From the NCBI GenBank assembly GCA_963734495.1, contig CAVTHK010000001.1:768001-832000 (forward strand): a DNA stretch of 64,000 bases. The letters are read 5' to 3'. The notes below the pieces were generated by a model. The model was not told where the DNA came from, did not search any database, and was given only the letters and a program-made list of their open reading frames with translations. This DNA is from an uncultured Spirochaetota bacterium (GTDB lineage Bacteria > Spirochaetota > Spirochaetia > SZUA-6 > CAVTHK01). Positions 61,222 to 64,000 of this stretch are shown one piece after another (position 1 is the first letter of the stretch; each line of letters opens with the position of its first letter). The position numbers and the translations under genes are program-made.

Positions 61222-62307
61222 CTACAACGCGCCGGGCCGCGGGCGGAAGCCCTCGTCGAGCAGCGCGAGCCACTGGCCCGCGACCACGCGCGCATCGTAG
61301 CGCCTCGCCGCCTCCTCCTGTCCTTGGGCCGCGAGGCGCGCTCCGATCGCGGGGTCCGCCACGCGCTCGATCGCGGCCGCGAGCGCCGGCGGCGAGACGT
61401 GGAAGAGGCGGCTGCCGCCTTCATCCAGCCATTCGCCCTCGACCACGAGCCCTTCGCCGTACGGCACGATCTCGCCCGGGCCCTGCGTGCGGGCGGCCGC
61501 GACGGGCACGCCGCACGCCATCGCCTCGGCGACGGGGACGCAGAAGCCTTCCCATTCGGCGGCGTGGGCGTACACGTCGAGCGCGCCGTAGAAGCGGGCG
61601 AGGGCCGCGTCGGTCATCGGCTCGCACAGCACGCGCACGCGGCCGTCGACTCCCGCGCGACGCGCGAGCGCGGGGAGGTCGAAGCCGCCGGGTGAGCGCT
61701 CGCGATCGGTCTTGATGATGAGGAGAAAAGTTGAAGGCAGCCGCGCGAACGCCTCGATCATCCGGTCGAACCGCTTGCGCGTCGAGTTGGCTCCGACCGT
61801 GCCGACCACGAGCGCGCCGGGGGCGGCGCCGAGCGCCTCGCGCGCGGCCCGGCGGGCGTCCGCGCCTGCCGGAGCGAACAGCGCCGTGTCCACCGCGTGC
61901 GGGATCGTCGGCCCGATCGCGGCGCACCCCGCCTGCTCGAGAAACGCGCGCGTCGCCTCGGTGAGCGGCACCGCGACCGCGCGGCCGAGGGCCGGCGCGC
62001 GCGGAGGGCGCGAGAATTGCGCCCAGAGGCAGAGCGGCGGGCCAGGCTCGGCGAGGAGCGGAAACTGGTCGGGGTAGCCGAGGAGGATCGCGGCGTTCAC
62101 CGGCTCGCCGGCGGCCGCGCTCACCGCGGCCGCGTCCAGCCGCGGGACATCCAGCTCGCCGTCGTCGACGCGGCCGCCCGCGCCGGTGCCGACGACGACG
62201 CAGCGGCGGCCCCGCGAGCGCAAGCCGCGGGCGAGCAGGCGGAGCTGCCGGCCGAACGAGCTCTCGCGCGCGAGCGTCAGGCCCGAAGCAAGCACGATCA
62301 CGGGCAC
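61222..62307 (-). CDS. Glycosyltransferase family 4
   Basis: IP.AVD..LF, RK, EGF..PV.EAMACGVPV. Confidence 0.9.
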   Translation of the reverse strand: MPVIVLASGLTLARESSFGRQLRLLARGLRSRGRRCVVVGTGAGGRVDDGELDVPRLDAAAVSAAAGEPVNAAILLGYPDQFPLLAEPGPPLCLWAQFSRPPRAPALGRAVAVPLTEATRAFLEQAGCAAIGPTIPHAVDTALFAPAGADARRAAREALGAAPGALVVGTVGANSTRKRFDRMIEAFARLPSTFLLIIKTDRERSPGGFDLPALARRAGVDGRVRVLCEPMTDAALARFYGALDVYAHAAEWEGFCVPVAEAMACGVPVAAARTQGPGEIVPYGEGLVVEGEWLDEGGSRLFHVSPPALAAAIERVADPAIGARLAAQGQEEAARRYDARVVAGQWLALLDEGFRPRPGAL

Positions 62308-62386
62308 ACTCCGCGCGCTCGCGGCCGCGCTGTCCGTTTCGGGACGGGCGCGGCCGCGCGGGCACCTTCTTTCTATTTACTTGTCT

Positions 62387-63271
62387 CTACTTGATGGTCC
62401 CGGTCGCCGTGAAGATGGGCTCCATCTTGCGGGCCTTGACCATCTTTTCCATCTCCGCGTCCGACGGCTTCGGGCCCGGATGGCTCGCGGCCTCGAGGAC
62501 CTTGGGCAGCACGGTCGAGTCGCCGACCGTGTTCAGGAACACGCCGTCGTGCGAGAGCAGCCAGCTCACCGCCAGCGTGATGTCCGCCTGCTCGGTGAGG
62601 GGCTCGTACCACGTGTTGGCCGTGCGGTCGCGGCCCGCCCACGGCTGGCGCGCGATCGACTTGATGGTCTGCAGCGCGGTGCGGTCGCGGTCGCAGCGCT
62701 CCTTGAGCCTGAAGAAGTCGTCGCGGTACTCGGAGTTCTTCCACAGGATGTAGTTCCAGGGCAGGAGCACGGAGTCGAAGGGGAACCGCTCCAGGCTCTT
62801 GAGGTGCATCTTGGGCGCGATGAGGCTGTGCCCCGTGACGCCGATAAAGCGCACGAGCCCCTGCTCGCGCGCCTCGATCGCGGCCTTGAGCGCGCCGTCG
62901 GGCCCCATCGCGGTCTCCCACTCGGCGGGGTCGGTGAGGTTGTGGAGCTGGATCAGGTCGAAGTAGTCGACCTTGAGCTTCTTGACCGAGGTGCGGATGC
63001 TCTCCCACGCCTCTTTGTAGGTGCGGTCGCCGGTCTTGGTCGCGACAAAGAAGTCCTTGCGGTGCTTCGCCATCCACGGACCGATCTGCGTCTCCGAGTT
63101 GCCCTTGCCGTAGCTCGCGGCCGTGTCGATGTGGTTGACGCCGTAGCGCAGCAGGATCTCGAGGACTTTCGAGGCCTCTTTCTGGTCGAACTTCTCGTTG
63201 ATGGCAGCGCCGCCGAAGAGGGTGCGCGTGCTCTGGTGGCCGGTCTTGCCGAAGGGGTGCTTTGCGATCAC
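62387..63271 (-). CDS. Aldo/keto reductase
   Basis: FGKTG, IDTA.SYG..SE, ATK, DLIQLH, IGVTGH; extended -10 TGCTATATT and AAGGAG RBS. Confidence 0.92.
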   Translation of the reverse strand: MIAKHPFGKTGHQSTRTLFGGAAINEKFDQKEASKVLEILLRYGVNHIDTAASYGKGNSETQIGPWMAKHRKDFFVATKTGDRTYKEAWESIRTSVKKLKVDYFDLIQLHNLTDPAEWETAMGPDGALKAAIEAREQGLVRFIGVTGHSLIAPKMHLKSLERFPFDSVLLPWNYILWKNSEYRDDFFRLKERCDRDRTALQTIKSIARQPWAGRDRTANTWYEPLTEQADITLAVSWLLSHDGVFLNTVGDSTVLPKVLEAASHPGPKPSDAEMEKMVKARKMEPIFTATGTIK

Positions 63272-63376
63272 GGTTCGCTCCTTTGACGCGGGATGAGGTG
63301 AATATAGCAAGCGCGCGGCGGGGAACCAAGCCGCCTGCCGGCCCGCTCCGGCCGGCTATTGGCCCGCGCCGGACTT

Positions 63377-63643
63377 TCAGCCGCCGCCGCCCATCGCGGG
63401 CACGAACAGGATCTCCGATCGCTCGCCGACAGGCTCCGCGAGGCCGAGGCCGGCGACCGCGCCGTCGACGGAGACCAGGAGCCACGGCTCGAGGGCGCCT
63501 TTGGGACAGAGGCGCGCCTTGACGCCCGGGAACTTCGCGTCGAGCGACTCGATCACATCGGCGACCGTGCGGCCGGCTCCCTCGACGATCTCCGCGCCGC
63601 CGGTGAGGTCGCGCAGCAGTGCCGGGACCCAGACCGTCGCCAT
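63377..63643 (-). CDS. MoaD/ThiS family sulfur-carrier protein
   Basis: 88 aa ubiquitin-like fold pattern ending PAMGGGG; directly follows a molybdoenzyme gene. Confidence 0.88.
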   Translation of the reverse strand: MATVWVPALLRDLTGGAEIVEGAGRTVADVIESLDAKFPGVKARLCPKGALEPWLLVSVDGAVAGLGLAEPVGERSEILFVPAMGGGG

Positions 63644-64000
63644 CAGCCCTCGATCGCGCCTCGGGCCGCGAGGATGCGCGCGGGCGTCATGGGCAGGTGC
63701 GTCACGCGGCGGCCCAGGATGCGCGCGAGCGCATTCGCGATCGCGGCGGGCGGCGGGACGATCGGCATCTCGCCGACGCCGCGGATGCCGTACGGGTGGT
63801 ACTCCACGGGCACCTCGACGATCACGGTCTCGATCGGCGGCACCTCCATGATCGTGGGCAGCCTGTTGTCGAGCAGCGTCGGGTTCAGCAGGTGCCCTTC
63901 GTCGTCGTACTGGTAGCCTTCGTAGAGCGCCCACCCGATCCCCTGCGCGGCGCCGCCGCGCATCTGGCCTTCGACGAGGGTCGGGTTGACCGCGCGGCCG
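63643..64000 (-). CDS. Xanthine dehydrogenase family molybdopterin-binding subunit, C-terminal part (5'-truncated)
   Basis: NP..VEGQM.GG..QGIG.ALYE, G.RGVGE....P...AIANA. Confidence 0.92.
   Translation of the reverse strand, partial: GRAVNPTLVEGQMRGGAAQGIGWALYEGYQYDDEGHLLNPTLLDNRLPTIMEVPPIETVIVEVPVEYHPYGIRGVGEMPIVPPPAAIANALARILGRRVTHLPMTPARILAARGAIEG

Noticed and set aside
62320..62358. Strong GC hairpin between the aldo/keto reductase and GT4 genes as an intrinsic terminator
   Set aside because: No U-tract follows on the coding (minus) strand; it may be only an mRNA-stabilising stem
1..64000. CRISPR arrays, tRNA/rRNA genes, IS elements, integrases, prophage genes
   Set aside because: No regularly spaced repeats, cloverleafs, or transposase, integrase or phage motifs found by eye; nearly all sequence is accounted for by CDS

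Overview
A gene-dense bacterial chromosome segment, roughly 70% GC by eye, with about 60 protein-coding genes. I found no rRNA, tRNA, CRISPR array or IS element. Gene content suggests a free-living Spirochaetota-like organism (inference from a DUF6675-like protein, a NusG-II/Gx-transporter cluster, a 'WAGGAQD'-type solute-binding-protein signal and a long MinD/FlhG-like ATPase). Main loci: GH1 glycosidase; Sel1 lipoprotein; TolC-MFP-RND efflux operon; orphan sugar-binding protein; FbpABC/AfuABC-type ABC importer whose permease carries an extra extracytoplasmic domain; APC-USP transporter preceded by a small membrane protein; cysK; DUF362 plus polyferredoxin plus msrA; a Ser/Thr kinase pair; an SbcD/SbcC-like nuclease-ATPase pair; a GGDEF-UROD-UROD-sulfatase-Gfo/Idh/MocA-SsuABC-like run; an MNT-HEPN module; and the end of a xanthine-dehydrogenase-family gene with a MoaD-like gene. 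About eleven genes carry single-base indels, most likely long-read assembly errors. The best leads are an unexplained ~200-nt CAGGA-rich intergenic element, widespread leaderless-type promoters, a 21-bp promoter element shared by two distant genes, a Cache-like domain fused to an ABC permease, and a membrane-anchored SbcCD-like pair. None of these can be called a new system from sequence alone.
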